A stretch of DNA of 64,000 nt from positions 1-64,000 of the forward strand of contig CAXXSM010000076.1 of NCBI GenBank assembly GCA_963663405.2. Direction: 5' to 3'. Each line of letters begins with the position of its first letter. Positions within the stretch are counted from its first letter, which is position 1. Below are positions 50,619-63,059 of the stretch, piece after piece. Origin of the DNA: a bacterium (GTDB lineage Bacteria > Hinthialibacterota > Hinthialibacteria > Hinthialibacterales > Hinthialibacteraceae). The position numbers and the translations under genes were made by a program. The notes under the pieces were generated by a model. It was not told the DNA's origin. It ran no database searches and was given only the letters and a program-made list of their open reading frames with translations.

Positions 50619-52073
50619 ATGAAAGTAAAAAAGGCATATAAATACATCGCAGGATTGATAGTATGCGCGATAGCCGCGTCCGCTGTCAACGCCTTCGCCT
50701 ATGATCGCCGTACACCGATTGTGGAAGCGGTGGAAAAGGTTCTGCCTTCCGTCGTTGATATCCTTACCACCAAAGATGTAAAAGTTTCCACGTTTCCTTT
50801 CCGGTCTTCATTTTTCCGAACACCGATGGATGATCTCTTTGTGGAAACATACAGTTTGAAAAATCTTGGGTCAGGCTGTGTGATCGAAGGTGGCTACGTC
50901 ATCACAAATTACCACGTGATTTCGTATGATTTCGGCCCTGCGGATAAAATATTCGTTACCGTCTATGGAGAAAAAGATCTCCGAGAAGCGACAATAATCG
51001 GCGGCGATCCTTATCAAGAAGTGGCGATCTTACGGATCGAAGGCCCCCATCCAGAGCACTACCTGCCTTGGGGCGAATCGGACGACCTAATGGTTGGAGA
51101 AACCGTAATCGCCATCGGAAGCGCGCTGGGTCAGCCATTTACCGTAACGAACGGAATCATCAGCGCCCTGAATCGAACCATTGAAGGAAAAAACGAACGC
51201 CCTTTAACAAACTTGATTCAAACCAACGCCGATATCAACCGTGGAAACAGTGGTGGTCCATTAGTCAATATAAATGGAGAGTTCATCGGATTAAACACCG
51301 TGATCCTCTCTCCATCGGGTGGATCAGTGGGATTGGGATTCGCAATCCCCGTCTCCCGCATCAAAAGGATCTACGATTACTGGGTAAAGGGAATTCTCCT
51401 TCTCGAAGACCAAATGGGTCTGGAAATTCAGGATTTAACCCAGCATATCGAGCGCTTTTTCCGGACCTATTATCCTTCCTTAAAGGAAGAAGACTTGACA
51501 GGTATTGTTGTTGTTCAGGTCTCCCCCTCTGGATTAAGCGCGGGAAAATTGAAAAAACGGGACTTGATCGTCCGAGTCAATGGAAATCCCATCTCGGACA
51601 GCCGGGATTTTCAGTCAAGGTTGGAGGAACATCAAGGAAACGACTTAAGCCTTGAGATTATCCGGGAAGGCCAGCGTGAGACGATCACGATCCCCGTTTC
51701 CCAGAGGAAAGTTGAAAAAATATCTTGGCAGGGAATGGAATTTCAAGCGTTGGACAATCCCTGGAGAAACCGTCTTGAAATCAGTGAAGGACAGGAAGGC
51801 GTTGTGATCCTGTCCGTCGATCCCGACAGCGCCGCCGCCAAAGCGAAGATCGTTTCGAACTACCCTAACTATGCGGCCAATCATGCGGGGATCCAACGCG
51901 GAGATATCATTTTATCGCTGAACAAAAAATATGTTGTCAATTCGCTGGACGATATGAAGGAAATCAAACGAGCGCTGGCTCATTCAGACACAATAGTAAT
52001 TGAACTGGCCCGCCGTGTTGATAAAGGACTCTTACGGCTCTTTTTCCAGTTCAAAAACTCCCAAAGTCTATGA
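50619..52073 (+). CDS. HtrA/DegP-family serine protease with two PDZ domains
   Basis: LGSG, ITNYHV, IQTNADINRGNSGGPL and two PDZ-like segments; signal peptide. Confidence 0.93.
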   Translation: MKVKKAYKYIAGLIVCAIAASAVNAFAYDRRTPIVEAVEKVLPSVVDILTTKDVKVSTFPFRSSFFRTPMDDLFVETYSLKNLGSGCVIEGGYVITNYHVISYDFGPADKIFVTVYGEKDLREATIIGGDPYQEVAILRIEGPHPEHYLPWGESDDLMVGETVIAIGSALGQPFTVTNGIISALNRTIEGKNERPLTNLIQTNADINRGNSGGPLVNINGEFIGLNTVILSPSGGSVGLGFAIPVSRIKRIYDYWVKGILLLEDQMGLEIQDLTQHIERFFRTYYPSLKEEDLTGIVVVQVSPSGLSAGKLKKRDLIVRVNGNPISDSRDFQSRLEEHQGNDLSLEIIREGQRETITIPVSQRKVEKISWQGMEFQALDNPWRNRLEISEGQEGVVILSVDPDSAAAKAKIVSNYPNYAANHAGIQRGDIILSLNKKYVVNSLDDMKEIKRALAHSDTIVIELARRVDKGLLRLFFQFKNSQSL

Positions 52074-52152
52074 CAGCGGCAAATTGAAAAGACCGGCATG
52101 AGACACGTTATCATGCTGAATCTATAAAAAAACAATCGTGGTGGAATGAACT

Positions 52153-52830
52153 ATGACCGATAAAACAGCCGCAAAAGGAGGCGGAAAAACAACAGTCGCT
52201 GATAAATCCGAGGATGGAGTGAAACTCGCTTTGGAAGAAAAATGGAAACAAGAAAAAGAAATATCCAAAATGAAACAAGAAGATAAAAGAAATGAAGAAT
52301 CCGTTCCATCCAATGATGAATCTGTCAGTGAGGAGGCGTTCGAACAACTGAAGCAAGAACGGGATGAATATCTCGACCATCTTCAACGGCTGCAGGCGGA
52401 ATTCGATAATTTCCGGAAGCGAACACAAAAAGAACGACAGGAAATGTCCCAATTTCTCCTGCAGGATTTCATGACCGGCCTGTTAACCGTGGTGGAAAAC
52501 ATGGAACGGGCTCTGCATCAAGGGAATGAAACACAGGATGTGAAATCCTATCAAACCGGTGTGGAAATGGTCTTTCAGCAACTTATGAATCTGCTGGAAG
52601 AGAAAGGGCTCAGGCGAATCGAAACCGTAGGTGAACCATTCGACCCCCTGTTTCATGAAGCGGTTTCGCAGGTGGAATCAGAGGAGTTTGAAACTGGGAT
52701 CATCATTGCGGAATTTTCTCCCGGCTATCTCTTGAAAGACCGCGTGTTGCGCGCGCCCAAAGTACAAGTCTCTTCCGGCCCGGTGTCATCCGAAACTGAA
52801 GCCGGCGATTCAAATACAAAAATTGATTGA
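52153..52830 (+). CDS. grpE: Nucleotide exchange factor GrpE
   Basis: RLQAEFDNFRKR, FDPLFHEA and GYLLKDRVLRAPKV. Confidence 0.96.
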   Translation: MTDKTAAKGGGKTTVADKSEDGVKLALEEKWKQEKEISKMKQEDKRNEESVPSNDESVSEEAFEQLKQERDEYLDHLQRLQAEFDNFRKRTQKERQEMSQFLLQDFMTGLLTVVENMERALHQGNETQDVKSYQTGVEMVFQQLMNLLEEKGLRRIETVGEPFDPLFHEAVSQVESEEFETGIIIAEFSPGYLLKDRVLRAPKVQVSSGPVSSETEAGDSNTKID

Positions 52831-52954
52831 CGAACAATGAAGGGAAACACCTTCTACTACCGCCGTCCCACGAACGGAGAGCGGTGGGCGCCAAAAATAC
52901 AGCAATCCATTTTGAGAAACGGAACAAATAAGTGGGGGCACAGGAGAACAAATC

Positions 52955-54916
<1,962 letters not shown>

Positions 54917-54923
54917 AATCCCT

Positions 54924-54952
54924 GGGGGATCGGCTATTGGCGCCGATCCCCC
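54924..54952 (+). terminator. Stem-loop after dnaK (no U-tract; terminator or stabiliser)
   Basis: GGGGGATCGGC-7nt-GCCGATCCCCC, a perfect 11-bp stem. Confidence 0.55.
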
Positions 54953-54981
54953 TAGACTCTCCAATGGGAGGTTTCCATTCC

Positions 54982-55293
54982 ATGCCGACTTATGATTATG
55001 TTTGTCAAAAATGTGGTTATGAATTTGAACAATTTCAATCGATGACGGAAGAGCCGATTAAAGACTGCCCGGAATGTAAATCGCGCGGCGCGGTGAAGCG
55101 CATGATCGGCATGGGCGCCGGGATTATCTTCAAAGGCAGCGGGTTTTACGAAACTGATTACAAGCGAAAATCTTCCTCTCCTTCGACAACGGGAACAAAG
55201 GAGAAAACAGACACAAAACCAATGAAGACCGAGAGCAAGAAAGAAAGCCAGCCGAAAACTGATACGGCCAAAGCGAAAAAAGACGCGGCGTAA
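54982..55293 (+). CDS. FmdB-family zinc-ribbon protein
   Basis: MPTYDYVCQKCG...CPEC...FKGSGFYETDY; GGAGG RBS. Confidence 0.9.
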   Translation: MPTYDYVCQKCGYEFEQFQSMTEEPIKDCPECKSRGAVKRMIGMGAGIIFKGSGFYETDYKRKSSSPSTTGTKEKTDTKPMKTESKKESQPKTDTAKAKKDAA

Positions 55294-55381
55294 CAAAACC
55301 GGCCTGGATCGCTGGTTTCACACGCGCGGCTGTATAATTCTTTAAAGTCTATTTTCCAGGAGGGATGAAACAGGGGGCGCT

Positions 55382-55810
55382 ATGTTCTCCGGTGGTGTGT
55401 TAACCAAGGCGGAATTTCGGCGGATCCTTTGGATTGGATTCTTCATCGCTCCGCTCGTTCTCTTGACGATCGCCGCGCGGCTCGCGTTCTTATCGTATAC
55501 ACACAACGAGCGCGCCAGTGATTTCCTTCTGGACGGTCAACTCGAAAACGCGTTACACTCTTATCAATGGTCGATCCGGAACTACTTCCCCGGGAATCCA
55601 TTTGTGAAACACGCGCTAGACGAAACTTTGAACGCAATCAATGGTTATCACACCAAAGGGAAGATCAGTGAAGAACGAACTACGTTACAAAACCTTCGCG
55701 CCTCGCTGCTATCCATTCGGTCGTTTTATCAACCCTATCCGCATATCCTTCAATTGGTTGATGAGAAACTCAGCCGGTTGCCTAGCAATGAGAACCCTTC
55801 GAATCCATAA
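55382..55810 (+). CDS. Hypothetical membrane-anchored helical protein
   Basis: One TM helix followed by a TPR-like helical segment; overlaps the next gene. Confidence 0.65.
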   Translation: MFSGGVLTKAEFRRILWIGFFIAPLVLLTIAARLAFLSYTHNERASDFLLDGQLENALHSYQWSIRNYFPGNPFVKHALDETLNAINGYHTKGKISEERTTLQNLRASLLSIRSFYQPYPHILQLVDEKLSRLPSNENPSNP

Positions 55811-56714
55811 CTTCATTCGGCTTCTCTCCGCCGTTCTTATCTTCTGCATAGCGGCGGCGCCCAGCCTCCCGCAGGACAAGGAGGATTCCAATCCCCCCCA
55901 AGCGGGGGAGGATGTAGAAATCTCAGTCCGAACGGAAGGGCCGGTTCCAGAAATCGTTCACGCGGGAGAACCGTTTACGTGGAGCATTGTCATTCGGTGG
56001 TACGGCGGTCTCGAAGGAATCGATCCTCAATTTGAAAAAACACCGGAGTTTGAAGGTGTTAAAATTTTGACACCTTCGACGACTCTCCGAACCGGTTCGG
56101 AAAACAACCGCCGGTATGCGGAAAAGATCTTCTCCTATAATCTAATGGCCGAGAGCCAAGGTGAAGCTGTTCTCGGTTCGGCGGCGATCCGTTATTCTCC
56201 CGGTGAAGACAAAGCGGACTCGTATTTAACCACCTCCCCCACTGTCGTTGAAATTCATCCTCCCCTTTTCTCACTCTCTAAATTCCTCGGCGGTCTCATA
56301 CGAAATCCGTTATTCCAAGGTTTCGTAATTCTTCTCTTAATTATTGGACTCAGCGTTACTCTCATTCTCCGGAATCGTTCAAAAAAAGCCATGAGTAATA
56401 AAACGCCGGTGGAAGAAAAAAAACCTTGCGAAGAAGCCTTGGAAAACGCTCATCGTTTCCGGGTGGACGGAAAAACCGGCGATTTTGTCAAAATGCTGGA
56501 AAAAGCGGCGCGGCTCGCATTGTCCGAACGCTTCCCGGAAGAGAATCCCACTCATGTGGAAGGCTACCTTGACTGCCTCGAAGGCAGTCAGCGCAATGTA
56601 TTGATCCGCTTTCTCCAGAACTGTGAAGAAGTGAAATATACCCCCGTACATCCCTCTCCCGATTTGTTAAACCGGATGGAGGATGATGTCAAACGACTGC
56701 TGAAAACCGAGTAA
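55788..56714 (+). CDS. BatD-like Ig-fold membrane protein
   Basis: Signal peptide, VHAGEPF..., FSYNLMAESQGEAVLGSAAIRY, TM helix and C-terminal CEEVKY. Confidence 0.65.
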   Translation: MRTLRIHNFIRLLSAVLIFCIAAAPSLPQDKEDSNPPQAGEDVEISVRTEGPVPEIVHAGEPFTWSIVIRWYGGLEGIDPQFEKTPEFEGVKILTPSTTLRTGSENNRRYAEKIFSYNLMAESQGEAVLGSAAIRYSPGEDKADSYLTTSPTVVEIHPPLFSLSKFLGGLIRNPLFQGFVILLLIIGLSVTLILRNRSKKAMSNKTPVEEKKPCEEALENAHRFRVDGKTGDFVKMLEKAARLALSERFPEENPTHVEGYLDCLEGSQRNVLIRFLQNCEEVKYTPVHPSPDLLNRMEDDVKRLLKTE

Positions 56715-56780
56715 TGAATACAAACAGCGATTGCGATCGCTGATCGTTACATACGAATTTATTTTAGGAGGTTCGAATCC

Positions 56781-57785
56781 GTGGTTGACGTTTCCACCTC
56801 GAATCAGGATATCCAGCAACTTTCGGAACGTATCCGTGAAGAAAGTTCATTCATCGGCCCGCTGATCGAACAGATCGAGAAAATTATTGTCGGACAGCGG
56901 TACATGGTTGAGCGCTTATTGATCGGCATGCTCAGCGGCGGACATGTGCTCTTGGAAGGGGTGCCCGGTTTGGCGAAAACGCTGACGGTTTCCACCCTCG
57001 CGAAAACGATGCGCGCATCTTTCCAACGCATTCAGTTCACGCCCGACCTGCTCCCAGCGGATTTGATCGGAACGATGATCTACAATCAGCGCACAGGAGA
57101 ATTCGCGCCTAAAAAAGGACCGATCTTCGCCAATATCATTCTGGCGGACGAAATCAACCGTGCTCCCGCGAAAGTCCAAAGCGCTCTGCTGGAATCAATG
57201 CAGGAAAGACAGGTGACCATTGGGGACGCCACCTATCCTCTAGAGGCGCCGTTCCTGGTTTTGGCGACACAAAACCCGATCGAGCAGGAAGGAACTTATC
57301 CCCTTCCCGAAGCGCAGGTCGACCGGTTCATGCTGAAACTGAATGTCACCTATCCCACAAAAGCCGAAGAACGGACAATCCTCGACCGGATGACAGGCGA
57401 TCTGCCAGCAGAGCCGGAAACCATTCTAGAACCGGAACAGGTTTTGCGCGCACAAGACGTTGTACGGCAAGTCTACATCGACGACAAAGTCCGGGATTAT
57501 ATCGTCGATGTCGTCTTCGCGACACGCGAGCCGAAAGTCTATGGGCTGGAATTGGATGAATTGATCGAATACGGCGCGTCCCCCCGCGCGACGATTTATC
57601 TCACCATCGCCGCCAAAGCCCACGCGTTCCTGCGGGGGCGGGGGTACGTCACACCCGAAGATGTCAAATCAATCGGGATGGATGTGCTGCGCCATCGGGT
57701 CATTCTCAGCTATGAAGCGGAAGCGGAAGAGATGACGCCGGAGCAGGTCATTCAACGCGTGTTCGACTGCGTCGAGGTACCCTAA
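56781..57785 (+). CDS. moxR: MoxR-family AAA+ ATPase
   Basis: LLEGVPGLAKT, RIQFTPDLLPAD, DEINRAPAKVQSALLE, ATQNPIEQEGTYPLPEAQ and GASPRA. Confidence 0.96.
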   Translation: MVDVSTSNQDIQQLSERIREESSFIGPLIEQIEKIIVGQRYMVERLLIGMLSGGHVLLEGVPGLAKTLTVSTLAKTMRASFQRIQFTPDLLPADLIGTMIYNQRTGEFAPKKGPIFANIILADEINRAPAKVQSALLESMQERQVTIGDATYPLEAPFLVLATQNPIEQEGTYPLPEAQVDRFMLKLNVTYPTKAEERTILDRMTGDLPAEPETILEPEQVLRAQDVVRQVYIDDKVRDYIVDVVFATREPKVYGLELDELIEYGASPRATIYLTIAAKAHAFLRGRGYVTPEDVKSIGMDVLRHRVILSYEAEAEEMTPEQVIQRVFDCVEVP

Positions 57786-57805
57786 TCGTTTCACGGCGAA
57801 TACCC

Positions 57806-58708
57806 ATGAGCGAAAATCCACTTGTCAGCGTCGTTGTTCGCACCTTCAATCGTCCGGACCGGTTGAAGGAGTGTCTGGTCTGCCTGCAGAACCAGCGCTA
57901 CCGCCCGTTTGAGGTGATCGCTGTCAACGACGCCGGTGTGGATGTGGAAACAATCGTCTCCAATGGATTGCAGGGAATCCCGTATCAATATATATGCAAT
58001 CCGGAGAACCTGGGCCGGACAGCGGGTTTGAATATCGGAGTGGAAGCGGCGGCGGGAGATTACGTCTGTTTTGTGGACGATGATGACGGAGTGTATCCGA
58101 ATCATCTCAATCTTCTGGTCAACACGGCCATGCCGGACCGCTTGCCCGTCGTCTATTCTGATGTGCTGAATGTCACATACGAAAAAAATCCGGAAACCCA
58201 GGAATGGACACGCGCCAAGGAGCAATTGGTCTATTCATTCGATTTCGAACAAGATAACTTTCTATTGGCGAATTACATCCCGATTACGTGCCTGTTGATT
58301 CGCCGCGATTGTTTCGACGCTGTGGGACCATTCGATGAATCACTTTTAGTGTATGAAGATTGGGAATTTTTGATCCGGCTGTCCCGGAAATTCCCGTTTC
58401 AACATATACGCGCAATCACCGGGGAATACCGGCGCAGAGACGACAATTCAAACATTCTCGAACGGGATCGCTATCAAGCGAACGAAGCAGTTGTTAAACG
58501 CCGGTACCGGAATGGCCGGGACGCGATCTTCGACAAAATATTTAAACAAATTTTCCAACAGCGGCGGGAGATCCAGCAGCGGGCGGGCCAATTTGATGAC
58601 GCGATGAAACAAGCCGGACGCCTGCAGTCGCAACTGGCGGAAGCGCATACAGTCATCGCGCGGATGCGGCAGGAGATTTCCCGCTTGAAGACGGAACAGG
58701 CTTCATGA
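57806..58708 (+). CDS. GT2 glycosyltransferase with coiled-coil tail
   Basis: PLVSVVVRTFNR, VNDAG, FVDDDD and FDESLLVYEDWEF. Confidence 0.9.
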   Translation: MSENPLVSVVVRTFNRPDRLKECLVCLQNQRYRPFEVIAVNDAGVDVETIVSNGLQGIPYQYICNPENLGRTAGLNIGVEAAAGDYVCFVDDDDGVYPNHLNLLVNTAMPDRLPVVYSDVLNVTYEKNPETQEWTRAKEQLVYSFDFEQDNFLLANYIPITCLLIRRDCFDAVGPFDESLLVYEDWEFLIRLSRKFPFQHIRAITGEYRRRDDNSNILERDRYQANEAVVKRRYRNGRDAIFDKIFKQIFQQRREIQQRAGQFDDAMKQAGRLQSQLAEAHTVIARMRQEISRLKTEQAS

Positions 58709-59581
58709 TACCACGTGAATTAATCAAAAAAATCCGGCGGATCGAAATCCGCACCAACCGCATGGTAAACGACGTGCTGGCGGGTGAATACCACTCCGTC
58801 TTCAAAGGGCAGGGAGTGGAATTCGAAGAGGTCCGGGAATATCAAGCCGGTGACGATATCCGCACGATCGATTGGAATGTCACCGCCCGCATGGGAGAAC
58901 CCTTCGTCAAGCGTTACCGCGAAGAACGCGAGCTGACCGTCATGCTCGTTGTGGACGCTTCTTCCTCCGGCATGTTTGGCACCGCCGAGAAAATGAAAAG
59001 TGATCTCGCAACCGAACTTTCAGCGTTATTGGCGTTCTCCGCCATTAAAAACAACGACCGCGTCGGGCTGATGCTCTTCACCAACCAGGTGGAAAAATTA
59101 ATCCTCACCCAAAAAAGGGAAAAAACATGTGCTCCGTCTGATCCGCGAACTCCTGACATTCGAATCGTCGGGCGGCAGCACGGATATCCGGGCCGCGCTG
59201 GAATACATGGGCAAAATCCTCAATCGGAAAAGTGTCGTCTTTTTGATATCGGATTTCATGAGCGGCGGATATGAAGAAGCGTTGCGCATCACGAACAAGA
59301 AACACGATCTCGTAACGGTCAGCGTCACCGATCCAAGGGAAGTGGAAATGCCGCCGATCGGTTTTCTCGAATTGGAAGATGCGGAAACAGGCGAAACAAT
59401 CGTTATCGACACTTATGACGTTCGCGTACGGAATCAGTTTTCCGAGATCGCGTCCTTGGATACGGAGCGGCTGGTCAAAGAATTCAAACGGATGAAAGTG
59501 GATCACGTGCCCTTGCGCACCGACCAGCCTTACATCGATCCACTGATCCGTTTCTTCCAGCAACGCGCCAGCCGGTATTGA
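58705..59581 (+). CDS. DUF58 protein, +1 frameshift near 59104
   Basis: GVEFEEVREYQAGDDIRTIDWNVTAR and NDRVGL in ORF 1, continuing as PKKGKKHVLRLIRE...LISDF...HD in ORF 2. Confidence 0.9.
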
Positions 59582-59665
59582 TTACAAAACAGAATCAAAC
59601 CGCCGCCCTGCGGCGGATAAAATGAATTAAAGGAATTGAAGAATCAATACAATCGGGGATTGATT

Positions 59666-60946
59666 ATGAAAGATATCTTTTTATCGACGGCGATCATTCT
59701 TTTGCTGATAACCATTCTGGTCCTTCAATTATTGTTCGGAGGCGGGGGAGAATCCGCTCCGGCTATCTTTCCTGAACAAATCCGTCAATTCGCGGCCACG
59801 TTAAAAAACCAAGACCTCCACGAACAAGCGATTCAAGAATACGAACGCTACTTGGCCGTAGCCCAGATTCCAGATGAATTGCGGGCGAATATTCTATTCA
59901 CCATTGGGACAACCTATCTCGACGATCTGGCCGATTATGAAGACGCGCTGGCTACGTTCCTTAAAATCAGCACATTCTATCCCAAAGCTACTGTCGCCCG
60001 TGAAGCCGAAAAACGGATGATCAAATGCTACGACGCCATGAAACGCGGTTTCGACGCGCAGAAGAAATTGCAAAAACTGACCGACCTCGAACCAGACGAA
60101 GAAGAGCAGGGCAGTGGTCCGGTCGTGGCGAAAATCGGGAACCGGGAAATCCGGATGGATCAGATCGAACGCGAAATCGCCCAGATGCCGGAATACGCCC
60201 GTCAGCAATTCACCACCCCCGAAAAGAAATTTGAATATCTCCGCTCCAAAGTGTTCCAAGAATTGCTCTATGACGCGGCTCTGCGCAAGGAATATGACCA
60301 AGATAAAGATGTCCGGAAAAGCGTCCGTGAGTTTGAAAAGAACCTGCTCGCCAGCAAGATCTACAATGAGCAAGTGCGCAGCAAGGTCCAAGTGACCGAA
60401 AACGATATCGACCTATACTATAAAGCCCATCCAGAGGAATTCTCCGATCCGGAAAGCCTCCAAATCGCGCACATCCAAGTCGATTCCCTCGAAAAAGCGC
60501 AGGAGGTGAAAGCGGTGTTAGACGCGGGAAAATCATTTGAAGACGCCGTTAAAGAATTCTCGACCGACGAAAACACCAAAGCAAAAGGCGGCGATCTGGG
60601 AACCCTTCGCAAAGGTATGAATTTCATCACCGGCATCGGCCAGGCGCCCAAAATCGCGGAAGCGTTATTCGCGCTTGACGAAGGGGCGGTCAGCGCCCCG
60701 CTCGAAAGCGCTAAAGGCGCGCATATCTTCAAAATCAAAAAACGCATCCCCGAAACGATCAAGCCGTTGGATCAGGTTCGCAAAACAGTCGAAGCGAAGA
60801 TGGCTCAAATCCGCGAAAAGGAACAGCAGGAACAATTACTCGAACAGATGCTCAAAGCGGAAAACGTCAAACTGTACGAACGCGCGTTCCAATCCGCGCA
60901 ACCCCGTGTCAATCCATCGGATCCTAATGAGGGCAATAAAGAATGA
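59666..60946 (+). CDS. PpiC/parvulin-type foldase with N-terminal TPR
   Basis: TM anchor, TPR segment, VVAKIG, HIQV...FEDAVKEFSTD...GGDLG...SAPLES..GAHIFK. Confidence 0.85.
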   Translation: MKDIFLSTAIILLLITILVLQLLFGGGGESAPAIFPEQIRQFAATLKNQDLHEQAIQEYERYLAVAQIPDELRANILFTIGTTYLDDLADYEDALATFLKISTFYPKATVAREAEKRMIKCYDAMKRGFDAQKKLQKLTDLEPDEEEQGSGPVVAKIGNREIRMDQIEREIAQMPEYARQQFTTPEKKFEYLRSKVFQELLYDAALRKEYDQDKDVRKSVREFEKNLLASKIYNEQVRSKVQVTENDIDLYYKAHPEEFSDPESLQIAHIQVDSLEKAQEVKAVLDAGKSFEDAVKEFSTDENTKAKGGDLGTLRKGMNFITGIGQAPKIAEALFALDEGAVSAPLESAKGAHIFKIKKRIPETIKPLDQVRKTVEAKMAQIREKEQQEQLLEQMLKAENVKLYERAFQSAQPRVNPSDPNEGNKE

Positions 60947-61980
60947 ATGCAAGAAATCAGTGGACAGCCTGTGTCATCTCTGTGATGATTGTTCTTCTGA
61001 GCGGCGCGTCAGACGCGCAGGATAAGATCCCCGTATCCCTTTATCCCACAGTGGACGCGCAAGTGGATCGAAATGAAATCCTGATTGGAGACGTGATCCA
61101 ATTAACCCTGACGATCACCCACGATCCAACGGTGGAGATCGTGGAACGGGGAAAGAACTTTAATCTGGGTCAATTCGAAATCAAGGATATTTTGCCGGGC
61201 GAAACAACGACATTACCGGACGGCAAGATTCAACGGACGGATATTTATAAACTTTCGACGTACTTCACCGGCGATTTTGAAATTCCCCCGTTCGATCTGA
61301 CATTTAAAACCGCTGATGAAAAAACAGGGAGTTTCAGCACCAGCCCGATCAAAGTGCACGTCCGCAGCCTGACCGACGAAGAAGCGGAGGACCTGGATAT
61401 CCGCGACATCAAAAAACCCTGGCTCCTGACGGGCGCGAGCCGTTTATGGATCGTACTCACAGCAGCGGGAGGTTTGCTGCTGATACTACTCGCCGCGTAC
61501 TTCTTATGGCGGTACTACAAAACGAGAAAAGTTGAAGTTCTCTTGGAGCCCCCGCTGCCCGCCCATGAACGCGCGTATAAATCCCTGGAAGCCCTGCGCG
61601 AACGGACCGATTTAATCGAAGGCCGTCAATTCAAACTCTTCTCGATTTTAGTCAGCGAAATCTTACGGGTATACATCCATCAGCGATGGGGGATCATGGC
61701 GATGGACTTCACGACGGAAGAAATCATGGATTCGCTGAACGAATTGGACTTAAATCCCCCGATCCGGGATCGCTTCCAGGAATTCTTCGATGGCTGCGAT
61801 TTGATGAAATTCGCCAAACACGAACCCGCAGACACAATCTTTGAGAATTTAATTGATATCGCGAAACACATTGTGGATGATACACGAGAAGAACCCGTCA
61901 TCGCGTCAACCAACAACGCCCCGCAGCCGGAGCGATCGGAACTGCCCGTGGATGAATCCAAGGAAAATGGGGAGGTATAA
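60943..61980 (+). CDS. BatD-like membrane protein
   Basis: Signal peptide, ILIGDVIQL, GDFEIPP, IRDIK, TM helix, MDFTTEEI and DLMKFAK. Confidence 0.75.
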   Translation: MNARNQWTACVISVMIVLLSGASDAQDKIPVSLYPTVDAQVDRNEILIGDVIQLTLTITHDPTVEIVERGKNFNLGQFEIKDILPGETTTLPDGKIQRTDIYKLSTYFTGDFEIPPFDLTFKTADEKTGSFSTSPIKVHVRSLTDEEAEDLDIRDIKKPWLLTGASRLWIVLTAAGGLLLILLAAYFLWRYYKTRKVEVLLEPPLPAHERAYKSLEALRERTDLIEGRQFKLFSILVSEILRVYIHQRWGIMAMDFTTEEIMDSLNELDLNPPIRDRFQEFFDGCDLMKFAKHEPADTIFENLIDIAKHIVDDTREEPVIASTNNAPQPERSELPVDESKENGEV

Positions 61981-61985
61981 ACAGC

Positions 61986-63059
61986 ATGTTTAGTTCTCTC
62001 ATACATTTACTGAACACCCCCATCACCCTCCCCTTTGGAGAGATGCGTCTTGCGTATCCGGTGTTTCTAGTTTTTCTATTGATTGCGCCGGTTCTGTTTT
62101 GGCGGTATATGCATAAACGGTTCGCCGCTCCTTTGGTGTATTCCGACATCAGCCGGATCAAAAAAATCTTCAATGTCTCCACGATGCGGATTCCATGGAC
62201 GCATAAGGTCCGGGATCTTCTGTTTGTAATTCGTCTGGCCGCTTTATCGCTCTTCATCCTGGCTCTGGCGCGCCCCCAGGCGGAACTGATCACAAGCGAT
62301 ATCTATACGGAAGGCGTAGACATCATGCTGACGGTGGATATCTCCGGCAGTATGAACTTCATCGACCTGGACGTCAACAAACAACGCACCCGGCTCGAAG
62401 TGACCAAAGAAGCGGTGAAAGCGTTCGTCGATGGCCGCAAGAACGACCGCATCGGAATGATGGTCTTCGCGTCAGACGCGTTTCTGCAATGTCCGCTCAC
62501 GGTCGATTATGGCATCGTGAAAAATTTCCTCGACGAAACACATATCGGCTTAATCCCCGAGCAAAGCACAGCCATCGGCGTCGCGATCGCGTCGTCGTTG
62601 AACCGCTTGCGTCACACAGAAGCGAAAAGCAAGGTCATCATTCTCCTGACAGACGGAGCCAACAACACAGGCCAGATTGATCCATTCACCGCCGCGGACA
62701 TGGCGCGGGCGTTGGATATCAAAATTTACACGATCGGTGTCGGTGGAAGAGGCGCGCCCTATATCCTGCAGAATGATATTTTCGGCAAGCGGCTGGTTCA
62801 ATATCCCAACGCCGAACGTGTCGATGAAGACTCGCTGCGCAAGATCGCCAATACCACCAGCGGGAAATACTTCCGCGCCACAAACGCGGATGGATTGAAG
62901 GAGATCTTCAAAGAAATCGACTCGTTGGAAAAAACAGAGATCATTTCGGAAGGGCATCGTCAGTTCCGGGAACTGTTCGCTTATCTCCTGGTTCCGGCGT
63001 TGCTTTTATTATTGTTTGAAGTACTGCTATCACAAACACGGTTTCGGAAACTGCCATGA
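61986..63059 (+). CDS. batA: BatA-like VWA domain protein
   Basis: ALARPQ, MIDAS DISGS, DRIG, CPLTVD, TAIG, LLTDG and YFRAT. Confidence 0.88.
   Translation: MFSSLIHLLNTPITLPFGEMRLAYPVFLVFLLIAPVLFWRYMHKRFAAPLVYSDISRIKKIFNVSTMRIPWTHKVRDLLFVIRLAALSLFILALARPQAELITSDIYTEGVDIMLTVDISGSMNFIDLDVNKQRTRLEVTKEAVKAFVDGRKNDRIGMMVFASDAFLQCPLTVDYGIVKNFLDETHIGLIPEQSTAIGVAIASSLNRLRHTEAKSKVIILLTDGANNTGQIDPFTAADMARALDIKIYTIGVGGRGAPYILQNDIFGKRLVQYPNAERVDEDSLRKIANTTSGKYFRATNADGLKEIFKEIDSLEKTEIISEGHRQFRELFAYLLVPALLLLLFEVLLSQTRFRKLP

Noticed and set aside
59108-59125. A6-G3-A6 slippery site as a programmed frameshift in DUF58
   Set aside because: The conserved PKKG reading requires the shift upstream of this tract, and the pattern matches the other probable sequencing errors.
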